NCBI GenBank assembly: GCA_947459165.1
Contig: CANHCW010000001.1
Span: forward strand, 1 to 45,422
Reading direction: 5' to 3'
Length of the DNA: 45,422 nt
From: Flavobacteriales bacterium
GTDB taxonomy: Bacteria; Bacteroidota; Bacteroidia; NS11-12g; UBA955
Shown: positions 18,293 to 27,846 of the stretch, in pieces
Position numbering within the stretch: the stretch's first letter is position 1
Layout of the letters: the number at the start of each line of letters is the position of its first letter
Notes under the pieces: model-generated
Seen by the model: only the letters and a program-made list of their open reading frames with translations
Database searches by the model: none
Told to the model about the DNA's origin: nothing
Program-made: the position numbers and the translations under genes

Positions 18293-19597
18293 ATGAATTT
18301 TGAGAATAGCCGGACTTTTGCGGAAAAACTGGATGAAACCGATGATTTGTCCTCATTCAGGCAGGAATTTCTTTTTCCCAAAAACGATAAAGGAGAAGAA
18401 CAGGTTTATTTATGCGGCAATTCTCTTGGATTGCAGCCAAGGGCGGCGGCAGATTATCTTAAAACGGAGCTCGATGACTGGGGAAAATGGGGTGTTGAGG
18501 GTCATTTTCACGGTAAAAAACCCTGGTTTCATTACCATAAGTTTTTAACAGAGCATACTGCCGAATTAGTTGGAGGCAAATCTCACGAAGTGGTGGTGAT
18601 GAATCAGCTTACCGTGAATTTGCATTTGTTGCTTGTGAGTTTTTACCGTCCGGATGGAAATCGTTACAAAATCTTGATGGAGGCCGGAGCTTTTCCAAGC
18701 GATATGTACGCCATTCAGAGTCAGGTTGAATTTCACGGATTTGATTACGATGACGCTGTGATTGAATTGCAGCCCCGTGAAGGAGAGTATACACTGAGAA
18801 CGGAAGACATTGTTGCATCTATTAAGGAAAATGCCGAAGAGTTGGCACTGGTATTTTTTAGTGGCGTGCAATATTATACCGGCCAGTTTTTTAATATTGC
18901 TGCCATCACCCAAGCGGCCCATGCTGCCGGAGTGCCTGCCGGTTTTGATTTGGCTCATGCAGCCGGAAATGTTGAATTAAAACTTCACGATTGGAATGTT
19001 GATTTTGCCGCCTGGTGCAGTTACAAGTATCTGAATAGCGGACCAGGCAATGTGTCCGGGGTTTTTATACATGAAAGGCATTCTATGAATCCCGACACAC
19101 CAAGGTTTGCGGGCTGGTGGGGTCACAAGGAAGATGTTCGTTTTAAAATGCATCGCGGATATATTCCTGAACCCGGTGCAGCAGGCTGGCAATTGTCGAA
19201 TGCTCCGGTTTTTGGAATGGCGGTGCATAGTGCCAGTCTTGATATTTTTCACCGTGCCGGAATGGAAAGATTAGCCGAAAAAAGCCGTTTGCTTACAGGG
19301 TATTTGAATTATTTGATCAAACAAGCGAGAGAAATCAACCCGGATTTGCGTTTCAATATCATTACACCTGATGAGGAAAGGGGCTGTCAGCTTAGTTTGC
19401 TGACGGATGAAAACGGTAAACAACTGTTTGAATATTTAACGGCCAACAACATTGTGGCTGACTGGCGGGAGCCAAATGTAATCAGAATGGCGCCGGTACC
19501 TCTCTATAACAGTTTTGCTGATGTTTGGAAAGTGGGGCAGGCATTTGCAAATTTCAGACGGGCTGTTGTTCGAAGCGGCGTTTCCACAACTGCCTGA
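18293..19597 (+). CDS. kynU: Kynureninase
   Basis: PLP-lysine region WCSYKYLNSGPG and overall kynureninase pattern (LCGNSLGLQP..). The start at 18293 (MNFENS..) is preferred over 18251 because of typical kynureninase N-termini, but this is uncertain. Confidence 0.8.
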   Translation: MNFENSRTFAEKLDETDDLSSFRQEFLFPKNDKGEEQVYLCGNSLGLQPRAAADYLKTELDDWGKWGVEGHFHGKKPWFHYHKFLTEHTAELVGGKSHEVVVMNQLTVNLHLLLVSFYRPDGNRYKILMEAGAFPSDMYAIQSQVEFHGFDYDDAVIELQPREGEYTLRTEDIVASIKENAEELALVFFSGVQYYTGQFFNIAAITQAAHAAGVPAGFDLAHAAGNVELKLHDWNVDFAAWCSYKYLNSGPGNVSGVFIHERHSMNPDTPRFAGWWGHKEDVRFKMHRGYIPEPGAAGWQLSNAPVFGMAVHSASLDIFHRAGMERLAEKSRLLTGYLNYLIKQAREINPDLRFNIITPDEERGCQLSLLTDENGKQLFEYLTANNIVADWREPNVIRMAPVPLYNSFADVWKVGQAFANFRRAVVRSGVSTTA

Positions 19598-20447
19598 CGA
19601 TTCCATCTTTCAATCCCATATCGGGGGCAAAAATTTCGTGAATGTTGCATTTTTTCATAATCTCGAGAAATATATTGCCCGCATGGCAAATGACTTCTGC
19701 TCTGTCGGGGTTAAGTTTTAGATCGTAGATGCGGTCGTGCATGCTTAACGATTCTATGTAGGAGTGCGTTCTTTGAAGCAAGTGAAGGTTGGTAGCTTCG
19801 CCTGCCGCTGTTCCTGCAAGTTGATGCAGTTTAACGATATTGCCCCCGGTACCTACAGCTTTAACAGGTTCATCAATCGGCAGGGGAAGTGCATTGAGCC
19901 ATTCCATCATTCTTTGCATTTCGGATTCCTTTACTTTGCCTTCCTTCATGCGCACTGTTCCAATATTGAAGCTTTCAAATTGTTTTATGTGGCCGTTGCG
20001 AATCATGGCAATTTCGGTGCTGCCCCCACCCACATCGATGTGCAAAAACGAATGTTTGGCAGGTAGCCAGTCCATGATGGCTGTTTGTATGAGCTTTGAT
20101 TCTTCTTTGCCTGAAATGATATCTATTTTAAGACCCGTAATTTTTTTTATTTCCGCAGCCAGCTTTTTGCCATTGTCGGCATCGCGCATGGCACTTGTGG
20201 CACAAGCCCGATAGGCATCAACATTGTAAATTTCCATTAAAAGAGCAAAGGCCTGCATGGCTTTGGTTAGCAAATCCATTTTCTTTTTGCTGATTTCCTT
20301 GCTTTTGAATACATCATCGCCCAATCTCAATGGCAAACGGGTAAATTCTACCGACTTGAAATCGGTTTTTTCCATATCCTCATGCAAAGGCCGTGCAATG
20401 TAAAGACGAACAGCGTTGGAACCTATATCGATAGCCGCGAGTTTCAC
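19554..20447 (-). CDS. Ppx/GppA family phosphatase (exopolyphosphatase-like)
   Basis: LAAIDIGSNAVRL and HIDVGGGSTE ASKHA-fold phosphate-binding motifs. 297 aa. Confidence 0.75.
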   Translation of the reverse strand: MKLAAIDIGSNAVRLYIARPLHEDMEKTDFKSVEFTRLPLRLGDDVFKSKEISKKKMDLLTKAMQAFALLMEIYNVDAYRACATSAMRDADNGKKLAAEIKKITGLKIDIISGKEESKLIQTAIMDWLPAKHSFLHIDVGGGSTEIAMIRNGHIKQFESFNIGTVRMKEGKVKESEMQRMMEWLNALPLPIDEPVKAVGTGGNIVKLHQLAGTAAGEATNLHLLQRTHSYIESLSMHDRIYDLKLNPDRAEVICHAGNIFLEIMKKCNIHEIFAPDMGLKDGIVRQLWKRRFEQQPV

Positions 20448-20464
20448 GGATGCAAATTAATTGT

Positions 20465-20488
20465 GAAATGCTGTTTGTGTAGCATTTC
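20465..20488. promoter_or_regulatory. Perfect 8-bp inverted repeat GAAATGCT-N8-AGCATTTC in the ppx/susC divergent region
   Basis: Read directly: 20465-20472 is the reverse complement of 20481-20488. It is not in a terminator position because both flanking genes diverge. Confidence 0.35.
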
Positions 20489-20543
20489 GAATCAAGATTG
20501 ATGGACTATTCAATAAAATTAAATTCAACTTTATTAATTTCTG

Positions 20544-20574
20544 TTTGTATGTTTCGAGAGAAAGTGTACTTTTG
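20544..20574 (+). promoter_or_regulatory. Candidate susC promoter: -33 TTTG, 19-nt spacer, -7 TACTTTTG
   Basis: TTTG at 20544-20547 and TACTTTTG at 20567-20574 match the Bacteroides-type consensus TTTG-N19-21-TAnnTTTG. The ATG is at 20604. Confidence 0.45.
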
Positions 20575-20581
20575 ACGCAAA
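20561..20581. promoter_or_regulatory. Operator-like site, left half conserved (AAAGTGT-acttttg-ACGCAAA)
   Basis: Shares AAAGTGTAnnTTTGAC with the MFS-upstream palindrome. The right arm is degenerate (ACGC). Overlaps the -7 box. Confidence 0.3.
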
Positions 20582-20603
20582 CTAATTGGATGAAATCCGA
20601 AAA

Positions 20604-23600
20604 ATGAAAAAAACACTACAATACTCATTGCTGATTTTAGCATTTCTGACGGGCAGTGTGGCTTATGCACAAAAGGGCACATTCAGCGGTCAGGTAAAGG
20701 ACGATGAAGGCAAGGTCATTTCAGGGGCAACCATTAAAACGCAGAACGGAGGAGACAGCGCAACAACAGATGCCTCAGGAAAATTTATGCTCCAGCTCAC
20801 AGAGGGCAGGGTGGGCATTTTAATCAGTGCAGCAGGGTTTGAGGTTGATGAGTTTTTTGTAAACATCAAAAAGGATGTAAACACAACCAAAGATATTAAA
20901 CTCGTAAAGCAAACTAAAAGTGTGGGTGATGTGGTGATTATCGGTTACGGTACTTCGACCAAAAGAGATCTCACCGGTTCAGTTTCATCTTTGAAAGGTA
21001 CTGAAATCAGGGATATGCCTGCACAAAGTTTTGAGGCCGCTATACAAGGTAAGGCTGCAGGTGTCCAAATCACAACAGGCAGTGGTGTAGCCGGCTCAGG
21101 AACTTTGGTAAGAGTGAGAGGCGTGGCAAGTATCTCAGCCGCCGGTGATCCATTGTATGTGGTGGATGGAATTCCCATTTCTCAGAACTATTTTGTGAAT
21201 GGAAACAATGGTGGTTTCAATAATAACCCGCTTGCGACCTTGAACCCTGAAGACATTGAGTCTATTGATATTTTGAAAGATGCCGCGGCTACCTCAATTT
21301 ACGGTTCAAGGGGTGCAAACGGGGTGGTTTTGATTACAACCAAAAGGGCAAACAAGAACGGTTTAAAATTTGATTTCACCACTCGATTTGGAACTTCACA
21401 AGCGACCTTTACCCCTCAAATGTTGAATACCAGTCAATACTTGCAACTTTATCAGGAGGCATGGGAAAATGACGGTGGCACAGGCAGGGCGCCCCTACCC
21501 AACAACATTTCCTGGGAAGATGCGCAGAAAACCAATACCAACTGGGTTGATCAAACCATGGGAATGGGATTGAAGCAAATGTATTCACTGGGAACCACAT
21601 ACCGCAAAAACAAATTGGGTATGTACGCCGGCTTTACCCATGACGATAACGGAAGTTTTGTGATAGGCAGCCGCTACCGCAGAACATCGGGTAGAATCAA
21701 TTTGGACTATGAGCCAATTAAAAACCTCAACATCAGCATTAGTTCATCTTACGCCCAGGGTATAAACTTCAGAACAGACGGAGCCTGGAGTGGCGGGTTC
21801 GGTGCCGCAATGAGCACTGCGTTGCCCATTTATCCTATTTATGACACAAGCGGTTCCTACTGGAGACCCGGTGCGGGCAGTTTGAATCCTGTTGCAGGTC
21901 GCAAATTAAAAGATTGGAGAACTACCGAAAACCGCATGATCAACAATTTCAGGGCAACCTACAAAATTTCGGATAAATGGAATGTAACCGCTTTTGGTGC
22001 TATGGATAATATGGATTTTTATGAGGACATTTATGAACCCAAGGCTCTCATTAATTCCAATCATGCAGGCATTGCAAAAAGATCGCCAAGGACCACATTC
22101 AACTACAATTACAACCTCATCACCAACTACAATATTTTAAGCGATTCGAAGCATGTTCTTGACGCGATGTTGGGCACCGAATTTCAGAAAAGTGTAGTTC
22201 GTTCAAAGTATCTGGAAATTACGGATATGTCTCATGCCATCTATAAAGGTGAAAAAGGAGGTGACCTCTCAAGCCGCCTGGAAAGAAAGAATGCCACCGA
22301 GGCATTTGCATTCCTGAGCTATTTTATAAGATTGAACTATAAATTAAACAATAAGTACATATTTCAGTTTACCGCCCGTACAGATGGTTCATCGCGCTTC
22401 GGACCTGAAAATGCATTTGGTTTCTTCCCCGCTGTTTCAGCCGGATGGATTGTAAGCGATGAAAAATTCATGGCCGGATTCAGAAGAAATAATTATCTGA
22501 AGATTAGGACGGGTTTTGGTCGCACCGGTAATACTCCCAATGAGAATTACATTTGGCGCGGCACTTTCACTCCTCCTCAGAATTCATTCGGATATAGCGG
22601 AAACCCGAGTATTTTTCCTACCCGACTGGAAAATCCAAGTCTGAGCTGGGAAACTTCTGATGTGTTTGACTTTACTGTGGAAGGTGGATTTTTGAAAAAC
22701 CGCATTACCTGGGAGTTGTCTTATTACAACAAAAAATCAACCGGAGTTATTCTCGACTTGGCAGTTCCCCGTTCTATAGGCTTCGGATCATACTACGACA
22801 ATGTAGGTGCGGTTCGCAACACCGGTCTTGAATTTTCTTTTAACAGCAAGAACATCGTGAAGAAGTTCTTTACCTGGTCAACCCAGTTCAACATTGCCCG
22901 CAATTACAATAAAATTCTGAATATCGGGGTTTACAGTCAGGATGCGGTTTCAGGCGGAACAAATGACACCCGTGTAGTGGTAGGTCAGCCAATTGGAACC
23001 AATTATCTGGTTCGTTTCTCGCATGTTGACCCTGCTACCGGTCGCCCTGTTTATTTGGACAAAGACGGAAACGAGACCTTCACCTGGAGCAATAAAAACC
23101 GTGTTTCGGTGGGAAGCGTATTGCCCAAGGCAGTGGGTGGTTTAACTAACAGTTTCACTTATAAAAACTGGAACATGAGCTTCTTGTTTGCGTACAAAAT
23201 CGGCGGTAATATTTACAATTCAAGTGCCAAGAGACAAAACGGTGTTGTTACCGATTGGAACATGACCACCGACTATTTCGATCGCTGGCAGAAACCGGGG
23301 GACATCGCCAAATATCCTAAACTTTCAATGAAAACAGATGAGTATGGTTTGCCCCCCGATCCTTATCAATACAATACTACCCTGTTTTTAGAGGATGGTT
23401 CTTATCTGCGTCTTAGAAATGTGACGCTTGGCTACAGACTTCCTGCACAGTGGTTTGGCAAAAAAATCAGTTCCTGCCGTTTGATATTCACCGGTGTGAA
23501 TGTTCTCACTTTCACCCGTTACACAGGCGGGGATCCTGAAATTGCGCGCGACTTTGAAAATCCTGCCGACAGGAATATGAGTTCCAACATTACCTATTTG

Positions 23601-23651
23601 ACTGCCCCACAGGAAAAGTCATACAGTATCACCCTTAATCTTACATTCTGA
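20604..23651 (+). CDS. susC: SusC/RagA-family TonB-dependent outer-membrane transporter
   Basis: Signal peptide, carboxypeptidase-regulatory-like N-domain (GQVKDDEGKVISGATIK), TonB box/plug (DVVIIGYGT..), a large barrel, and a terminal aromatic (LNLTF). The ATG at 20604 is preferred over the TTG at 20586. Confidence 0.9.
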   Translation: MKKTLQYSLLILAFLTGSVAYAQKGTFSGQVKDDEGKVISGATIKTQNGGDSATTDASGKFMLQLTEGRVGILISAAGFEVDEFFVNIKKDVNTTKDIKLVKQTKSVGDVVIIGYGTSTKRDLTGSVSSLKGTEIRDMPAQSFEAAIQGKAAGVQITTGSGVAGSGTLVRVRGVASISAAGDPLYVVDGIPISQNYFVNGNNGGFNNNPLATLNPEDIESIDILKDAAATSIYGSRGANGVVLITTKRANKNGLKFDFTTRFGTSQATFTPQMLNTSQYLQLYQEAWENDGGTGRAPLPNNISWEDAQKTNTNWVDQTMGMGLKQMYSLGTTYRKNKLGMYAGFTHDDNGSFVIGSRYRRTSGRINLDYEPIKNLNISISSSYAQGINFRTDGAWSGGFGAAMSTALPIYPIYDTSGSYWRPGAGSLNPVAGRKLKDWRTTENRMINNFRATYKISDKWNVTAFGAMDNMDFYEDIYEPKALINSNHAGIAKRSPRTTFNYNYNLITNYNILSDSKHVLDAMLGTEFQKSVVRSKYLEITDMSHAIYKGEKGGDLSSRLERKNATEAFAFLSYFIRLNYKLNNKYIFQFTARTDGSSRFGPENAFGFFPAVSAGWIVSDEKFMAGFRRNNYLKIRTGFGRTGNTPNENYIWRGTFTPPQNSFGYSGNPSIFPTRLENPSLSWETSDVFDFTVEGGFLKNRITWELSYYNKKSTGVILDLAVPRSIGFGSYYDNVGAVRNTGLEFSFNSKNIVKKFFTWSTQFNIARNYNKILNIGVYSQDAVSGGTNDTRVVVGQPIGTNYLVRFSHVDPATGRPVYLDKDGNETFTWSNKNRVSVGSVLPKAVGGLTNSFTYKNWNMSFLFAYKIGGNIYNSSAKRQNGVVTDWNMTTDYFDRWQKPGDIAKYPKLSMKTDEYGLPPDPYQYNTTLFLEDGSYLRLRNVTLGYRLPAQWFGKKISSCRLIFTGVNVLTFTRYTGGDPEIARDFENPADRNMSSNITYLTAPQEKSYSITLNLTF

Positions 23652-23653
23652 TC

Positions 23654-25039
23654 ATGAAAAAGTTAATGATATACAAAGCGGCACTTTTGCTACTTTTTGG
23701 AGCAATGGCTTCAGGCGGATGTAAAAAGATGCTGGATTTAAAACCGGAAAACCTGACACTGGCTAAGGATGCTTTGAAAACCACTGCAGATGTTCAGGCG
23801 TTGTTAAATTCCTGTTACGATGAGTTCGCCAATCTGATGAACGGATCGGTTCAAAACTACCATGAATTATTGGGTGAAAACCTTGCCGTTCCGGTTAATT
23901 CCGCCGGCAGTCTTTACTATACAGTATGGAACAGGGGTACCTTTTCCTTCAGAACGGCCGACCGCGAATACCTTGATTTTTATAATTGCATTCTTCGCAT
24001 TAACACCATTTTTGATCGGATAGATGAAGTTGCAGACATGACTTCAGCCGACAAAGAGAGAATAATTGCCGAAGGGCATTTTCTCAGGGCCTGGTGCCAC
24101 TGGGAACTTGTGAAACTTTGGGCTCAGCCCTACGGTTTTACAGCCGACAACAGTCATCCAGGTGTTCCCATTCGTTTAAAGGCAGACAAGGAAATTCAAA
24201 TCAGGAGTACAGTTGGACAGGTTTATGTGCAGGTACTTTCCGATCTAGATAAAGCCATAGCGGCATTGCCCGCAGATAATGGCAACTACGCAGATAAAAA
24301 TTCAGCCAAAGCATTAAAATCGAAGGTGTTGTTTTTGATGAACGATTTTAGTGGAGCATTGACCCTTACAACCGACATCATTGGAAGTGGCAAATATCAG
24401 TTTTCCGACACACTGCTGCGTTTTGTAAAAGGCGCACCTGAAGAGGCCATTTTTGAGTTGATTAGCACGAGCAACAGCGATAACAGGGGTGGCGGTTTTA
24501 TAAACAATTACAGAGCCGACAATAACCCCAATCCAAATCTGAAACCCTCGGCGGACTTTATTGCCCAGGCCATGCAGGGTCATGATTTGCGAAGTGCCTT
24601 GTATGAGATAAAAAACAAAGGGAAAGCCAACGAGTACTTTGTTTGTCATAAATTTGACAAGGATGTATTCAATGTTCCCTTGCTGCATTACACAGAAATA
24701 TTGCTTACCCATGCGGAATGTTTGGTAGAAGCAGGTGGCAGCGCGACTGATGCTATTAATGCGGTGGACAAAATCCGCAAGAGGGCTTATGGAACAAACT
24801 GGACTGCGCTGAATCCTGCCATTTCAAACGCTTCGCTAAAGGATTCGATTCGCCTTCAGCGCAAACTGGAATTGGCTTACGAAGGTGACTGGACCCTGCA
24901 ACAGCGTCGAATGGGGGCAAAAGGCGAAACCATTAAAATTCGCAAAACAGTTTGGAATTGTCCGGGTATGCTGATGCAATTCCCACAAAGTGAAAACACA
25001 ACAGGTTTTATATTTAACGAAGAAGGAGGATGCAACTAA
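23654..25039 (+). CDS. susD: SusD/RagB-family glycan-binding outer-membrane lipoprotein
   Basis: Lipobox LFGAMASGGC. Lies 2 nt after the susC stop. TPR-like helical SusD pattern (RAWCHWELVKLW, ELAYEGDW). Confidence 0.85.
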   Translation: MKKLMIYKAALLLLFGAMASGGCKKMLDLKPENLTLAKDALKTTADVQALLNSCYDEFANLMNGSVQNYHELLGENLAVPVNSAGSLYYTVWNRGTFSFRTADREYLDFYNCILRINTIFDRIDEVADMTSADKERIIAEGHFLRAWCHWELVKLWAQPYGFTADNSHPGVPIRLKADKEIQIRSTVGQVYVQVLSDLDKAIAALPADNGNYADKNSAKALKSKVLFLMNDFSGALTLTTDIIGSGKYQFSDTLLRFVKGAPEEAIFELISTSNSDNRGGGFINNYRADNNPNPNLKPSADFIAQAMQGHDLRSALYEIKNKGKANEYFVCHKFDKDVFNVPLLHYTEILLTHAECLVEAGGSATDAINAVDKIRKRAYGTNWTALNPAISNASLKDSIRLQRKLELAYEGDWTLQQRRMGAKGETIKIRKTVWNCPGMLMQFPQSENTTGFIFNEEGGCN

Positions 25040-25512
25040 TGAAACTCAATAAACTGTGCCTGATTGTCGCTGCCATGTTTTTGGTGGTGAACACGGGCTG
25101 TAAAAAGAAAACACGGGAAATTGGCCCGGTTTCCAGCAAGCTGGAAGGCATTAATGATGTTTGGGTGCTGCAGCAGGTTAAGCAGTTCGACCCATTGAAC
25201 AAGGATATGGTTTTAGATGTAAGTGAAGCCATCATGGGAACCACGCCTATTGAAATGACGGTTGACTCTAAAAATCTGACCTACACTTTTAATCAGAACG
25301 ACCCAATTTACATGGGTACCGCCGGAAACTGGAAGTTTGATGATGAGAATTATCCCACTGCCATTGAATTTACCGAAGGAAGTAAGATTAACAATGTGAA
25401 GCTTATTCGCACAATCAGAACGGTAGATCAAACCCTGGAACTCCAGCTAACCCGTTTCTGTGGAGCAGGCAAACCCATTACAGTTTATCAATTTATATTC
25501 GGAAGAAAATGA
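25039..25512 (+). CDS. Small lipoprotein of unknown function in SusE-like position
   Basis: The ATG at 25039 overlaps the susD stop (TAATG) and gives the lipoprotein signal MKLNKLCLIVAAMFLVVNTGC. No domain recognised. Confidence 0.55.
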   Translation: MKLNKLCLIVAAMFLVVNTGCKKKTREIGPVSSKLEGINDVWVLQQVKQFDPLNKDMVLDVSEAIMGTTPIEMTVDSKNLTYTFNQNDPIYMGTAGNWKFDDENYPTAIEFTEGSKINNVKLIRTIRTVDQTLELQLTRFCGAGKPITVYQFIFGRK

Positions 25513-26396
25513 AAAATCTGATGAAATATACGCTTGCGGCTTTTTTGCTGATATTCTCAGCCAGGGCCAACTCTCAGGCTGCTTTCCTGGATAAACCGGA
25601 TGAATTTGACCCGGCCAAGCCCTGTAAAATTATGGTGAACCTGAAACTCACCACAAACCAATGGGATATTGTGAATATTGCTACCACGGAAGATATGTAT
25701 TTGTGGATTTGGAAGCCAAAGGAGCATCCTGCTGGACATCCGTTGGTAAATGGGTTGGGCTCGGCGGCCTGGAAGAGTAGCAACCCTGCTTTGAAAATGA
25801 CCAAAGAGGCAGAGGGAATTTACAGTTACACCTTTACACCCACATTGTTCTTCGAAACCGATGCGGCTACGATTTACAAAGAAAATTTTCATTTTTTGGT
25901 AAAACCGCAAGATGGAGGGGGGTATGGTGATCCTGACCGGAAAACAGAAGATCTGCTTATTGAAGTTGACCCGCCTGCCGGCCCTGTCGTGAAAATTCAG
26001 AGCTTACCTATAGGTTCAGGTTTAAAGAAGGACACCATAGGGACAACAACGAAAGATGTTTTCAGCATTGTGTACAACAATACTGCCGAAGAGAAAGCAA
26101 CCATGAGAAATGCTGCCGAACTTTATGTATATCCTGTAGCTACAGATTCATCAGGTGCCATATACAAAATAGCGTCCAATCCAAAACGGGTTGCTGATTT
26201 TCCACAGCTGAAAATGAAGCAGACTACAACCGGAATTTTCCAATACAGTTGTGTTCCTGAAAAACTGTTTACCCTGCCTGCAGGCAAAAAGATCTACAGC
26301 ATCGATTTTATGATTGTAAAACCGAATTTGGTTGATTCTAACGATGCCATTGATGACAAAATGCAGTATTTCTTTAATCAGGGCGGGTGCCGCTGA
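25509..26396 (+). CDS. Secreted two-module protein in SusF-like position (candidate glycan-binding protein)
   Basis: ATGA overlap with the upstream gene. Signal peptide. Internal duplication: ..LKMTKEAEGIYSYTFTPTLFF..IYKENFHFLVKP versus ..LKMKQTTTGIFQYSCVPEKLF..IYSIDFMIVKP. Confidence 0.55.
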   Translation: MKNLMKYTLAAFLLIFSARANSQAAFLDKPDEFDPAKPCKIMVNLKLTTNQWDIVNIATTEDMYLWIWKPKEHPAGHPLVNGLGSAAWKSSNPALKMTKEAEGIYSYTFTPTLFFETDAATIYKENFHFLVKPQDGGGYGDPDRKTEDLLIEVDPPAGPVVKIQSLPIGSGLKKDTIGTTTKDVFSIVYNNTAEEKATMRNAAELYVYPVATDSSGAIYKIASNPKRVADFPQLKMKQTTTGIFQYSCVPEKLFTLPAGKKIYSIDFMIVKPNLVDSNDAIDDKMQYFFNQGGCR

Positions 26397-26413
26397 TTGT
26401 TGAGTTAAAAACA

Positions 26414-26448
26414 AAATAAAAGGCTATCAGAAATGATAGCCTTTTTTT
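26414..26448. terminator. Bidirectional intrinsic terminator
   Basis: 9-bp stem AGGCTATCA (26421-26429) / TGATAGCCT (26434-26442), GAAA loop, downstream T-run and upstream A-run. Lies between the convergent sus operon and the GH13 operon. Confidence 0.8.
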
Positions 26449-26471
26449 ATTCATTTGGTCCCGAACTGAGG

Positions 26472-27845
26472 TCAGTTCTGCAGTTTAATTACTTTGTAAT
26501 CCCAGGCATCGAGGTTTCTTGTAGGGTTCCCCAATAAAATCTGTCCCTGAGGAACTTTAACTGCTTTTTTGAATGGTTTGGAAGACAGGTTGAGGCAAAC
26601 CCAGAATTGTTGGTCTGCAGTTCCGCGTTTAAAAATGAGTATGTTTTTGTTTTTGCTTTTCAGCGGTTGAAATCTGTTGAGTTCAGGGGAAGTTCCAAGT
26701 GCGGAATATTGAGTGCGCAATTGGCCCAGACTACGGTAGAACCCATAATAATCAAGATCTGTTTGCGGTTGTATGGTGTCTTTTTCAAAGAATTTCAAAC
26801 GGATGTTGTTTCCGTATTCTTGTCCTGTGTATAGCAGTGGAATACCCGGTGCTGTGAATACGAAAACGGCCATGGCTTTCCAGCAGTTTTTCATTCTTTC
26901 AAATTCGGTTCCATTCCAGCTGTTTTCATCGTGGTTGGTTATGAAATTCATTGAGTAGACATTTGAAGGGAAAGTTCTTAATTTTTTCTTTAGCAAAGTA
27001 TCAAGATATAAGGCTTTCTTTTTTCCCTTGGCAACCTCGTTCATGGCATGGTGGAGTTCCCAACCATAATAGGCATTGAATGCGCCTTTAAACTGACCCA
27101 TATCGTGTTCTTCCGACTCAGCGAGCATGAAGATTTTTCTTCCGTCGGTTTCCAGTTCTTTGCGGGCTTTGTTCCAGAATGCTGAAGGCACACTCATGGC
27201 CACATCGCAACGAAAACCATCTATGCCGGTGCTATCGAGCCAGAATTTCATGCACTTTACCATTTCATCGGTCATAGCGGTGTTGGAATAGTTTAAATCT
27301 GCCACATCTGTCCAGCCAATACTGTTGCCTTCTTCATTCAGGGGATCTGTAATGTTGCCATTTTTGTCTTTGGTATACCATTCGGGGTGTTCACTAATCC
27401 ACGGATGATCCCAGGCAGTGTGGTTTCCAACCCAGTCTAAAATAACCTTTATTCCGGACGCCTGGCAAGCCCGAACCACATTTTTAAAGTCGCTAAGGCT
27501 TCCGTAATCAGGGTTTACAGCGGTATAGTTGCTAATTGAATAAGGACTACCCAGGTATTTTTTTCTCACTTGCGGATCGGCAATATCTTCCACAAACAAA
27601 TCGCCTTTGGCTTTGCGTTTTTTCATGCCTATGGGTTGTACCGGCATAAACCAGATTACATTAACACCCAGCTCTTTCAATTTAGGGATTTCTCTTGCAA
27701 AGCTTTTTATCGTTCCCTCAGCGGTGTGCTGACGCAAATTCACCTCGTAAATCAAAGGATTTTTAGGCCAGTCTGAAGGTTGTGCCCTTGAAACTGGCAA
27801 TCCCATTGCCAGCATAAAGGCCAGAAGTATGAAATTCTTTTTCAT
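26472..27845 (-). CDS. GH13 alpha-amylase family enzyme (signal peptide, probably periplasmic)
   Basis: GH13 regions I VILDWVGNH, II GIDGFRCDVAMSVP, III FMLAESEEHD, IV NFITNHDEN. Confidence 0.85.
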   Translation of the reverse strand: MKKNFILLAFMLAMGLPVSRAQPSDWPKNPLIYEVNLRQHTAEGTIKSFAREIPKLKELGVNVIWFMPVQPIGMKKRKAKGDLFVEDIADPQVRKKYLGSPYSISNYTAVNPDYGSLSDFKNVVRACQASGIKVILDWVGNHTAWDHPWISEHPEWYTKDKNGNITDPLNEEGNSIGWTDVADLNYSNTAMTDEMVKCMKFWLDSTGIDGFRCDVAMSVPSAFWNKARKELETDGRKIFMLAESEEHDMGQFKGAFNAYYGWELHHAMNEVAKGKKKALYLDTLLKKKLRTFPSNVYSMNFITNHDENSWNGTEFERMKNCWKAMAVFVFTAPGIPLLYTGQEYGNNIRLKFFEKDTIQPQTDLDYYGFYRSLGQLRTQYSALGTSPELNRFQPLKSKNKNILIFKRGTADQQFWVCLNLSSKPFKKAVKVPQGQILLGNPTRNLDAWDYKVIKLQN

Positions 27846-27846
27846 T

